Source of the DNA: an uncultured Pseudomonadota bacterium
Lineage (GTDB): Bacteria > Bdellovibrionota_C > UBA2361 > CALMIO01
DNA length: 64,000 nt
Direction: 5' to 3'
NCBI GenBank assembly: GCA_937864035.1
Contig: CALMIO010000002.1
Span: 162,390 to 226,389, forward strand
Positions 39,158-47,778 of this stretch are shown piece by piece. The notes beneath the pieces are model-generated. The model did no database searches and was not told the origin of the DNA. It worked only from the letters and a program-made list of their open reading frames with translations. Both the position numbers and the translations under genes were made by a program. Position 1 is the first letter of the stretch. The number at the start of each line of letters is the position of its first letter.

Positions 39158-40267
39158 ATGAAAAAAATCCGAGAAGAGATCAAAAAAAGCATCCTACCAT
39201 CCTATATAGAAACTAGAGAAGTTCTAGGAGATAAAGTCATTTCTTTAAAAGACGTTTCCTCGCCAAAACTTTTTTTAAAAACAGCCAAAGTAATTGGATT
39301 TACATTCTTAGCGATCGTTGTAGCGTTAATTTTTGCTCCTTGGACGCAAAATATCTTTGCCACTGGCAAAGTCATAGCTTATTCACCAAACAATCGTCCT
39401 CAAAATATAGAGGCGCCGGTAGAGGGTAGAATCGCGGAGTGGTTCGTTATTGAAGGGCAACAAGTGCAAGAAGGAGAACCAATTGCGCGCATTGAAGATT
39501 TAGATCCGCAATTGCTCTCCCGAATCGAGATGGAGGTAGAAGCCAAAAAAATGAAGGTATCGGCAATTGAACGAGCAATTGAAGCTTCAAATAATAATCT
39601 TACGAGAAAGAGAAAACTTTCAGAAAAAGGCCTTGTCTCACAGCGCGATTACGAGCTTGCCGAATTAGAGATCGCTAAACTACAAAGCGATCTAGCTATT
39701 GCTCAGGTTGAGTTTGCTCAAGCCAACATAAAACTACAACGCCAATCCTCCCAAATTATCCGGAGCCCACGCGATGGAACAATTGTCAGAGTATTTGCCG
39801 CTACTGGCGGAGTATATGTCAAGGCCGGTTTTGCTATAGCAACCCTTGTTCCCAATGCGGAAGATCCTGCTGTAGAACTTTATGTAGATGGCAATGATAT
39901 TCCCCTAATTAGCATAGGCAGGGAGGCTAGGTTGCAATTCCAAGGTTGGCCGGCAATTCAGTTTGCAGGCTGGCCGTCGGTGGCTATCGGGAGCTTTTCT
40001 GGGGTTGTCGGTATGATTGACCAAACAGATGATGGAACAGGAAAATTTAGAGTCTTAGTTTTTCCAAAGAGTATCGAAGATTGGCCGGCCGCTCCGTACT
40101 TACGACAAGGGGTAAGAGCCGTTGGCTGGATTTTATTAGATGATGTTAAACTTGGCTGGGAGCTTTGGAGACTTTTTAACGGATTCCCTCCAACCGTAGA
40201 AAATCAACCAGATTTGCAATTGAACACAAGAGGTATTCAGCCATTTATTAGATTAAACAATAAATAG
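39158..40267 (+). CDS. HlyD-family membrane fusion protein
   Basis: N-terminal TM anchor, lipoyl-like hairpin (VEGRIAEWFVIEGQQVQEGEPIARIED), a coiled coil and a beta-barrel region. Confidence 0.85.
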   Translation: MKKIREEIKKSILPSYIETREVLGDKVISLKDVSSPKLFLKTAKVIGFTFLAIVVALIFAPWTQNIFATGKVIAYSPNNRPQNIEAPVEGRIAEWFVIEGQQVQEGEPIARIEDLDPQLLSRIEMEVEAKKMKVSAIERAIEASNNNLTRKRKLSEKGLVSQRDYELAELEIAKLQSDLAIAQVEFAQANIKLQRQSSQIIRSPRDGTIVRVFAATGGVYVKAGFAIATLVPNAEDPAVELYVDGNDIPLISIGREARLQFQGWPAIQFAGWPSVAIGSFSGVVGMIDQTDDGTGKFRVLVFPKSIEDWPAAPYLRQGVRAVGWILLDDVKLGWELWRLFNGFPPTVENQPDLQLNTRGIQPFIRLNNK

Positions 40268-40275
40268 TATTCGAG

Positions 40276-41694
40276 ATGTTTTACAGATCTATTCATAAAC
40301 AAATCTCTGGATTGATCTGCTTATTGCTACTTTATTTTTTCTCCTATGATGTTAAAGCAGAAGAGCTAACTCTAAACAATTTCTTGAAAGAGCTAAAAAA
40401 AAACCATCCGATTGTTTTGCAACGAATTCAAAAAGAGAACGAAAGCAAATTTTTTAGACAATCCGTTCAAGGTAATTTCGACACCAAATTAAGTGTCGAT
40501 CAATTTTCATACCATTCAGGACTATACAATGGAAACCGCGGATCGGTGATGTTCGAACAACCTTTAGAATTTCAGGGTGTTAATCTGTTTAGCGGATATA
40601 AAATTAGTAGGGGTAATTTTCCAATATACGACGATCAGTTTTTAACCAGAGAAGGGGGACAGTTTTTAGCAGGCTTTGATTTGCCACTTCTTAGAGATAG
40701 AGGGATTGATAACCGTAGAGCTTCTCTGCGACTAGCCGACTTAGATATTGTTAGAGAGAGACAAATTACTCTCTACACCACGCTGTTATTAGAAAGAGAA
40801 GCTACGGTCAATTATCTTAATTGGATTGCCACTGGAAAAAAATTAAAAATCGCTGAAGAATTGTTAGCTGTCGCTAAAGAGCGCGGAGGGCAGTTAGAAA
40901 GGCGAGCCGCGGCGGGCGAGCAGGCAATGTTTGATGTCATTGACAACAACCGTGCTATTCAGCAGAGAGAGGCTCAAGTAATTTCAGCAAAAGCTGGTTT
41001 GCGTGAAGCCGCTATCGGTCTAAGTGTTTTTATGGTTGATCAAGATGGCAAACCTTACGAGCCCTCAATAAAAGAGCTTCCAAAAAATTTTCCTTTATTG
41101 ACATTTGAATACGAACAAAATTTAAACAGCTTGATTGATGAAACAATAAAAAGAAGACCGGATTTAAAAGAACTCTCAATGAGATTGGAGAAAAACTTGA
41201 TCGAAATTGATCTTGCTCGCAATCAAAAATTGCCGCGTTTGCGAATTAAAGGAGGCATATCTGACGATCTTGGAGAAGAGGCAAATAAACGTTCAAGTGA
41301 TCCCCAAATTATTACTGGCATAAACTTTGAGTTTCCTTTGCAAAACAACTTCGCTAGCGGACAGTTGCTTGCGGCGGAAGCCCAACGGCAAAATCTTCAG
41401 CAACAACTCATAAATTTAAAAAACAATCTAAAAGCCGATCTCGAAAAAGCCTTGATCAATATTAAAGCCGCCAAAGAGCGGATAATTGCTTTAGAAAAAG
41501 AGCTACGCTTTGCCGAAGAAGTCGCAATCGGCGAAAGAGAACGATTGATCGCGGGGGAAAGTAGTATATTATTCGTGAATCTTCGGGAACAAACTATTGC
41601 TGAATCAGCGGCTCGATTAATTGACGCTAATTTTGATCTGCACCGTTATTACGCGGACTACATCGCAGTAACCGGATTAAGCGTAGAAAATTAG
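40276..41694 (+). CDS. TolC-family outer membrane factor
   Basis: Signal peptide and an internally duplicated helical/beta pattern. Position after the ABC and MFP genes. Confidence 0.8.
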   Translation: MFYRSIHKQISGLICLLLLYFFSYDVKAEELTLNNFLKELKKNHPIVLQRIQKENESKFFRQSVQGNFDTKLSVDQFSYHSGLYNGNRGSVMFEQPLEFQGVNLFSGYKISRGNFPIYDDQFLTREGGQFLAGFDLPLLRDRGIDNRRASLRLADLDIVRERQITLYTTLLLEREATVNYLNWIATGKKLKIAEELLAVAKERGGQLERRAAAGEQAMFDVIDNNRAIQQREAQVISAKAGLREAAIGLSVFMVDQDGKPYEPSIKELPKNFPLLTFEYEQNLNSLIDETIKRRPDLKELSMRLEKNLIEIDLARNQKLPRLRIKGGISDDLGEEANKRSSDPQIITGINFEFPLQNNFASGQLLAAEAQRQNLQQQLINLKNNLKADLEKALINIKAAKERIIALEKELRFAEEVAIGERERLIAGESSILFVNLREQTIAESAARLIDANFDLHRYYADYIAVTGLSVEN

Positions 41695-43436
41695 AGGGTT
41701 TTTCTAACGGCCTGCAAATTTGCCTGTACCTCTGGAATACCTCCAAAATAGGAGCAATCCGCCCTAAAAGCAAAATCAACAATGTTGCCAACTTTTAATT
41801 CGGGATGTTCAGTTTTTCCCCAAAGCAGTGCTGTTATTTTATGAGATCCATCACTAAGTTTAACTTTTAAGTGAAGATCTTTTAAGGTTTTTAACTCAAT
41901 AACTCTGGCTCTTTTGGAAAATAAGCAGGGAGCTGGATTGCCAATACCAAACGGAGAAAATTTTTCAAACTCTTTGACTACCAACTCGTCGATTTCGCTG
42001 AGTTTAACTTCCGTATCAGCCTCTATTTTGATCTCTGCTTTTGTCCCCCCTAACTGATCTCGAGCGGCTTGCTCAAAACTCTTCTGAAAAGCCTCTAGTT
42101 CTTCTACTTTAAGAGAAAAACCTCCTGCGCTTTCGTGCCCCCCATATTTTATTAGATGATCTTTTGCTTGAGAGAGGGCTTTGATAACAGAAAAACCTTG
42201 AACGCCTCTAACTGAACCTTTCAAAGAACCATCATGATCAAATCCAATGACGGCCGAAGGAAGATAAAAATGTTCGACTAACCTTTGGGCGATTATGCCA
42301 ATTACCCCAATGTGATAACCATCATCGCAAATAACTAAAGAACGACGACACCCATCAACATCAGCCGATATCAACTTTTGAGCCGCTACTAAAGCATGAT
42401 CTCGAGACTTTGCTTCAATTTTTTGTCTTTCACTATTCAAATCATTTAAACTGCGAGCAATCAAAGAAGCTCGTTCGCTGTCGACAGTGGTAAGAAGTTC
42501 AAAAACATTGCTAGCATTATTAATACGGCCCGCGGCATTAATTCGTGGCCCAAGAACAAAAGAGAGATCTGAAGATTTCAAATTACGACTAAGTCCAGCC
42601 GCTTTAATTAGAGCTTTTATTCCAACTCGCTCGCTGTTCGCAAGCAATTCCAAGCCCCTTCTGGCAATAACTCTATTTATTCCAATAAGCGGCACCATGT
42701 CGCAAACCGTTCCTAAGGCCGCCAAATCCAAAAAATTTTTTGGATCAATTCCTCTCGCGCGCGCAACTGAATCTTTTAAACCTAACAACAGATACCAAAC
42801 TAAGCCAGCTGCGCTCATTAAGCGTCCAGCAAAACCACAATCTTCGCGACATGGATTTAAAAACGCATCAGCTTTAGGGTGAGCAGAGTCTCCCAATTGA
42901 TGGTGATCAATAACTATAGTTTTAATATTTAACTTGCGGCAAAGATCCAGCTCTTCTCTGTTATGAGTTCCAAAGTCAACGCAAACTAAAAGATTACACC
43001 CTAAACTTTGCGCCTCCTCAACAATGCGTTTGTTAAGACCATATCCTTCCGAAAAGCGATCCGGAACAAAACCATAAACGTTTCCTCCCGCTTGCTTTAA
43101 AAAATTATAAAGTATAGCGCCAGCAGATAATCCATCCACATCATAGTCAAGAGCAATCGCAATCTTTTGATCGTGGTTCAAGCTTTTCTCGATAAGTTCA
43201 CAAGCTTTCGCGAGATCAACCATCTGATACGGAGATATCAATCCCTCCTTTAAAGATGGCGCCAAAAATTGGCGAACACTTTGGGGCTCTATAATTCCAC
43301 GAGCGGCAAGCACTCTTGAGGTAACATTAGAAAAACCAAACTCTCTAGCCAGGAAAGCGGCGGCTTCTTGATTTTGATCGCGCAAAGTAATATTAACCTT
43401 TGCGTCAGATGGAAATTTCATCCCACAAACAAACAA
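41691..43436 (-). CDS. recJ: Single-stranded-DNA-specific exonuclease RecJ
   Basis: DHH-family motifs (DYDVDGLSAG, VIDHHQ, GGHESAGG). The start may be the second Met at 43421. Confidence 0.9.
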   Translation of the reverse strand: MFVCGMKFPSDAKVNITLRDQNQEAAAFLAREFGFSNVTSRVLAARGIIEPQSVRQFLAPSLKEGLISPYQMVDLAKACELIEKSLNHDQKIAIALDYDVDGLSAGAILYNFLKQAGGNVYGFVPDRFSEGYGLNKRIVEEAQSLGCNLLVCVDFGTHNREELDLCRKLNIKTIVIDHHQLGDSAHPKADAFLNPCREDCGFAGRLMSAAGLVWYLLLGLKDSVARARGIDPKNFLDLAALGTVCDMVPLIGINRVIARRGLELLANSERVGIKALIKAAGLSRNLKSSDLSFVLGPRINAAGRINNASNVFELLTTVDSERASLIARSLNDLNSERQKIEAKSRDHALVAAQKLISADVDGCRRSLVICDDGYHIGVIGIIAQRLVEHFYLPSAVIGFDHDGSLKGSVRGVQGFSVIKALSQAKDHLIKYGGHESAGGFSLKVEELEAFQKSFEQAARDQLGGTKAEIKIEADTEVKLSEIDELVVKEFEKFSPFGIGNPAPCLFSKRARVIELKTLKDLHLKVKLSDGSHKITALLWGKTEHPELKVGNIVDFAFRADCSYFGGIPEVQANLQAVRKTL

Positions 43437-43576
43437 AATTAGGCTAGTTTAAAAGATCAAATTTATATTGTATAACTTTTAATATCAGTTTGGTCAAACA
43501 TTTATATTAAGACCCATTTTTATTTAAATCTTTAGATAAAATAACATATAAAAAATTAAAAAACTTTTATCTGATT

Positions 43577-43987
43577 ATGAAGCCTAATAAAAATACATTT
43601 GTCATATCACTATTTTTACTCAGTTCTTGCGGTCCTGTTTTTGAAACAAAATACACCTATATACCGCCGAAAAGCGCGTCTGGGGCAAGTTGTGTCGCTA
43701 ATTGCTCCATTACCCAAAGCCAATGCGAAGACATGGAAAGGATGCGCTATCAAACCTGCGAGGAACGTGCCCAAATGAATTATGACTCGTGCGTACTCAG
43801 CCATCGCCTGACGGGAGAGAAAGAAAAATGGTACGACTGTTGGCGCGATTCTTGTTCGATGGATCTTGAAAAATGCGCCGAACGTTACCGGATCTGTTAT
43901 CAAAGTTGCGGGGGTAGGGTTTTAGGCGAAACAGTTTGCACAGCAAATTGCGACAAAATCGAAAAACCTAGTGGGAAAGTTAGATAA
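43577..43987 (+). CDS. Cys-rich lipoprotein, unknown function
   Basis: Lipobox LLSSC, followed by about 16 cysteines in 115 aa. Confidence 0.55.
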   Translation: MKPNKNTFVISLFLLSSCGPVFETKYTYIPPKSASGASCVANCSITQSQCEDMERMRYQTCEERAQMNYDSCVLSHRLTGEKEKWYDCWRDSCSMDLEKCAERYRICYQSCGGRVLGETVCTANCDKIEKPSGKVR

Positions 43988-44011
43988 GCAAAAACTTTAC
44001 CAAAAAATTAA

Positions 44012-45001
44012 GTGTCGTTAAAAAATAGTTCCATTTTTGCGAAAAGAGTTGAAAAAATCGCTCGCTCAGTTCTGAGAGAAGAATCACTAGCTGTTGCGCG
44101 GCTAGCTAGAAAACTCCCTAAAGAATTCGCGCGAGCGGTTAGATTAATTGCGGATCTGCCAAGCGGGGTGAGGTTGGTTGTGTCTGGAATAGGTAAAACA
44201 GGTTTTATAGCGGAAAAAATCGCCGCTAGTTTTGCCAGTGTTGGCGTGCCATCGTTTTTTCTCCATCCAACAGAGGCTCTGCACGGTGATTTAGGAAAGT
44301 TAATTCGAGGTGATCTCTTATTGCTACTCTCTTATTCCGGAGAAACCCAAGAGGTTATTAAAATTCTCCCTCATTTAAAAAATTTATCTATCGAAGTAAT
44401 TTCAATCACCGCCAGCGCCCGCTCTTCCCTTGGAAAAGCAAGTCAAGTTTGTTTAGAAATAGGAAAAGTAAAAGAAGCAAAGCCTCTTGCCGTGGCGCCA
44501 ACAACTTCAACTACCGTCATGCTAGCGCTTGGCGACGCGCTGATGATGTCGGTTTTAGCTGAAAGAGGTTTTTCCAAAAAAGATTTCGCCAAATTTCATC
44601 CAGCAGGATCGCTAGGCAGTTCCCTTAGGAAGGTAAGCGAGGTTATGCGATCGTTAAAAGAAATTTGCGTAGTCGAGAAAAACACTTTAATAAGCGAGGC
44701 CGTGCATAAACTTTGCGCTCTTAAACGCCGTTCTGGTTGTATTGTTGTCGCCGAAAAAAAGAGAAAATTATTTGGCATTTTAACTGATGGAGATTTTCGT
44801 CGTTTAATGAACGAACGAGCCGAAATAATGTCAGAAAAAATATCGAAATTCTGCACTAAAAAACCAAAAGCAATCTTATTCTCAAAATCAATTCAAGAAG
44901 CCATTGATTTACTTCGCAAATTTAAGATCGATGAGGCGCCGATTGTTGACAATCAGGGAAAGATCGTTGGTTTGGTTGATTCTCAAGACCTGCTAAGATA
45001 A
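44012..45001 (+). CDS. kpsF: KpsF/GutQ-family arabinose-5-phosphate isomerase (SIS + 2 CBS)
   Basis: GIGKTGFIAEKIAASFASVG and SYSGETQE (SIS domain), plus a C-terminal CBS pair. GTG start. Confidence 0.85.
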   Translation: MSLKNSSIFAKRVEKIARSVLREESLAVARLARKLPKEFARAVRLIADLPSGVRLVVSGIGKTGFIAEKIAASFASVGVPSFFLHPTEALHGDLGKLIRGDLLLLLSYSGETQEVIKILPHLKNLSIEVISITASARSSLGKASQVCLEIGKVKEAKPLAVAPTTSTTVMLALGDALMMSVLAERGFSKKDFAKFHPAGSLGSSLRKVSEVMRSLKEICVVEKNTLISEAVHKLCALKRRSGCIVVAEKKRKLFGILTDGDFRRLMNERAEIMSEKISKFCTKKPKAILFSKSIQEAIDLLRKFKIDEAPIVDNQGKIVGLVDSQDLLR

Positions 45002-45048
45002 GCAAAAATATCTTAAAACCTATAAATCTTTCAGGTTCGTTTATTTGC

Positions 45049-45120
45049 TTGCCCGGGAAGGATTCGAACCTTCGCGTGGCGGAGTCAGAGTCCGCTGCCT
45101 TACCGCTTGGCGACCGGGCA
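45049..45120 (-). tRNA. tRNA-Gln (anticodon CUG)
   Basis: Folded by hand: acceptor TGCCCGG/CCGGGCA, anticodon stem GCGGA/TCCGC with loop CTCTGAC, T-arm GAAGG-TTCGAAT-CCTTC. No encoded CCA. Confidence 0.9.
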
Positions 45121-45173
45121 AAAATTTTAAGTTAAAAAAGAGCTTATTAGAGTATCAAATAAACCTATTTTTT

Positions 45174-45977
45174 TCAATCAAAATCGGACATCAGTGTCAA
45201 AACTTCTCGAGTAGGCAGGTTACTAAAATTAGAAATTGACAGTTCTCGCGGCGCAACAACTCCATGGCGACTGCTTGCAAAAATATCGCCAACTCCGATT
45301 ATTTCATTTATCTTAACCTGTCCGGTTGCCGAGATCAGATTTAAGGCAGCAAGACGCAAAATATCTGGTTGATTCTCAAAAAATACTCTCTCAATTAAAA
45401 GATCTCCTCCGGCTATCACAATCGCGTTCTGATTTTTTAATTTGAGAGTGTTAATATGAATAAATCCTTTGCTCGCCATCAACAAATCCGATTCAGAAAC
45501 AACCGTTTCCCCAAGAGCACGAAGATTTTCATTAAAAATCATCTTAGGCATGAGAATAAAGTTTTCTAAAATACAGATCTCGCCAGAGATAAGCGAACCA
45601 ACAGTAAATAAAATATTAAAATCAAAAAACTCCTTATTTAAGCAGAAAAAAGATTCTTTAAAGAGAATTGAAAAGTTAAGCTTTCTTGGATCGTTATTTG
45701 CGAAATTGCTTAAATACAAAAGCTTTTGATTTATTAAATCTTTAATCGAAGCCTCTTGGGCATTTTTGGCAAGTTGTAAAATTGTGACATCTCTTTGATT
45801 GCCAGCTGACAATACTAATTGCAAATTTTTAGACAGCCTGCCGTCAAAACCATTGATTTCACCAATTTGGTAAAATTTTTCCTGTATGCTTTTTGTGGCA
45901 AACGCCGCAAAAAGTGATACTGCAAGCAACCAAAACAATAAAGAAAGCTCGATTATTCCAACGGCCGCGCGTTTCAT
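45174..45977 (-). CDS. Pseudopilin-like protein (PilX/GspK-position), atypical signal
   Basis: N-terminus MKRAAVGIIELSLLFWLLAV has Glu at +5 if cleaved after Ala-Ala. Last gene of the pseudopilin operon. Confidence 0.45.
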   Translation of the reverse strand: MKRAAVGIIELSLLFWLLAVSLFAAFATKSIQEKFYQIGEINGFDGRLSKNLQLVLSAGNQRDVTILQLAKNAQEASIKDLINQKLLYLSNFANNDPRKLNFSILFKESFFCLNKEFFDFNILFTVGSLISGEICILENFILMPKMIFNENLRALGETVVSESDLLMASKGFIHINTLKLKNQNAIVIAGGDLLIERVFFENQPDILRLAALNLISATGQVKINEIIGVGDIFASSRHGVVAPRELSISNFSNLPTREVLTLMSDFD

Positions 45978-45979
45978 GA

Positions 45980-46846
45980 TTAAATAATTAAATCCACTAA
46001 ATCGAGTCTCGTAAGAATATTACTCGCTCCCGAAACAATTTTTTTCCCATCAAAAGTTTCCCCAATAAAAATCAATCTCATGATCTCGGAATTTGGATCA
46101 ACCGTTTTAAATTTGATACTTTTAATTCCAGCTAATATAGGTTGGTTTTCGATATTTTCTCCCAAACGATGGCCAAGATAACGTAAGGTATTTTTGCGAT
46201 CCAAATAAACTGTATATATTTTCTTAATCGGCACTAACGCAACAACTACACGAAGATCTCTAACATTACCAATTTCCCAAAGCATGCTTTTGCCAGCTTC
46301 CACCTTAATTTCGTAGCAACTTGGTTTATCGCTAATCGGCGCAAGAGCAACATGAGCCTCAAAGAAAAATTCATTCGTTAACGCCATAAAATTTTCCTTG
46401 GGAAAAGAGCGAAATTTAGAAAGATATTTCAAACAAGCAACGCCTCTTTCTCCGGTTTTATCAAGGTTAAGGACTAACAAACTTTCTGTCCAGCTTAAAG
46501 CAAATGAAGTTATCGCAGTAGAGTCGCTGGCGGGCTTAAGCGAAACGTTATTAGAAACAGGATTCACCCTCCCATCAGCAAATTTTATCTCTCCTTTTGG
46601 ATGAATAATCGGCAGAAAATTTATCCTATGAGTGTCAAGATCCCGGGCAACACCATTGACAATTTGAAAACCTTTGATTTTAAGACGCGCTTTATCTATT
46701 TTTTTACCGAGCATTCCGCTAATAGCCCCATAATCTTTAACAATGCTGGTGAAACTGGCTAGCAATAAACAAACCAAAGCAACCTCAAAAACCAATTCGA
46801 GCAGAGTAAAACCTGAAAGTTCTTTTTTCTTTTTTAGACCCAACAT
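45980..46846 (-). CDS. Pseudopilin (PilW-like minor pilin)
   Basis: Start at internal Met 46846: MLGLKKKKELSG|FTLLELVFEVALV, a canonical class III signal. This ATG lies 2 nt after the upstream gene's stop. Confidence 0.65.
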   Translation of the reverse strand: MLGLKKKKELSGFTLLELVFEVALVCLLLASFTSIVKDYGAISGMLGKKIDKARLKIKGFQIVNGVARDLDTHRINFLPIIHPKGEIKFADGRVNPVSNNVSLKPASDSTAITSFALSWTESLLVLNLDKTGERGVACLKYLSKFRSFPKENFMALTNEFFFEAHVALAPISDKPSCYEIKVEAGKSMLWEIGNVRDLRVVVALVPIKKIYTVYLDRKNTLRYLGHRLGENIENQPILAGIKSIKFKTVDPNSEIMRLIFIGETFDGKKIVSGASNILTRLDLVDLII

Positions 46847-46848
46847 CT

Positions 46849-47100
46849 TTAATCTTCTATAATGATCTTTGTTTCTCCAGCATTTGTGCCGCAAGAACTT
46901 CGGCAAGTTCTGTACTTTCCTCCTAAAACGCTCAGCCCTTTCTGGCATTCAAAAGCGCCCCCGTTTAAGCCGTATGAGCATCGCTCGTTTCTAAGAAACT
47001 CTTTTGCTAAAATTTTTAGCGCATGCCTCCAATTATCCAAAAGTCCCGCCCAAGCAAAAGTCACCGCGGAAGAGAGAAGTAAAGCAAGCATTAGTCGCAT
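46849..47100 (-). CDS. Small secreted Cys-containing protein within the pseudopilin operon
   Basis: 83 aa with a Sec-type signal (AVTFAWA|G) and four Cys. No prepilin motif. Confidence 0.4.
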   Translation of the reverse strand: MRLMLALLLSSAVTFAWAGLLDNWRHALKILAKEFLRNERCSYGLNGGAFECQKGLSVLGGKYRTCRSSCGTNAGETKIIIED

Positions 47101-47106
47101 AAGCTT

Positions 47107-47589
47107 TTACCTCTTTAAACAATCAGTTAAAACTCTACTTCTAAGAGAAATAGTTATTTTACAACTAGAATCACTATCTTTACGCTTAAGCAAAATGGTT
47201 GCCGGAGTTGCCACACCACTAGAAAAAAAACTTAAGACCGTCGATTTTTCTTGACTTTCTAAAACAATCGAAGCATACTTAAAATTTACTCTTCCTTTTC
47301 TTCTTGCCTCCTCTCCAGATTCATTTATAAGCCGCGCCTCTGACTCTGACAAAATTAAACGATATTTTCCACCTCGCAATTGACTCTCGAAAGAAGCTCT
47401 TTCAATCAGTTGCATTAAATTAACAACCTCCCAGTTAAACCGCTGAGTTTTACCAAAAACTTGAAAACTAGGGGTAGCAATTCCCAGCAAAATAGTAAAA
47501 AGAGACAAACAAGACAGTAGTTCAAGTAGCGAGTGCCCTGATTCGACAATTCCCCTATATAAATTGTTATTTTTTAATCTATTGCGCAT
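47107..47589 (-). CDS. Pseudopilin (GspH/FimT-like)
   Basis: ESG|HSLLELLSCLSLFTILLGIATPSF, a class III signal with Glu at +5. Confidence 0.65.
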   Translation of the reverse strand: MRNRLKNNNLYRGIVESGHSLLELLSCLSLFTILLGIATPSFQVFGKTQRFNWEVVNLMQLIERASFESQLRGGKYRLILSESEARLINESGEEARRKGRVNFKYASIVLESQEKSTVLSFFSSGVATPATILLKRKDSDSSCKITISLRSRVLTDCLKR

Positions 47590-47638
47590 AAACCATTTAA
47601 AATAAATGAATTGCCTATCAACTGTTCTTACGATTCAG

Positions 47639-47654
47639 TGGCATACGCATGGCG
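47639..47654 (+). promoter_or_regulatory. Possible sigma-54 (-24/-12) promoter upstream of the secretion ATPase
   Basis: TGGCAT-ACGCA-TGGC versus consensus TGGCAC-N5-TTGC. GG and GC are at the correct 10-nt spacing, about 125 nt upstream of ATG 47779. Confidence 0.25.
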
Positions 47655-47778
47655 CTTTAAAAACAAACCACATAAGAATAAATCGTGAAAAAATATCTTT
47701 TGTTGCTAATAATTTTTAAAAGTAAAATTTTGACAACTTTTTACATAAAGCTTCGATTAGAGATGTGTAGAGAGAAAA

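Noticed and set aside
45045-45239. Track ORF of 64 aa (MLAREGFEPSRGG...).
   Set aside because: It is the antisense/overlapping translation of tRNA-Gln. GFEPSR is the classic translation of a T-arm.
46847-46948. N-terminal 34 codons of track ORF 45980..46948.
   Set aside because: They overlap the upstream 83-aa gene. The internal Met at 46846 gives the short basic leader plus G|FTLLE expected of a prepilin.
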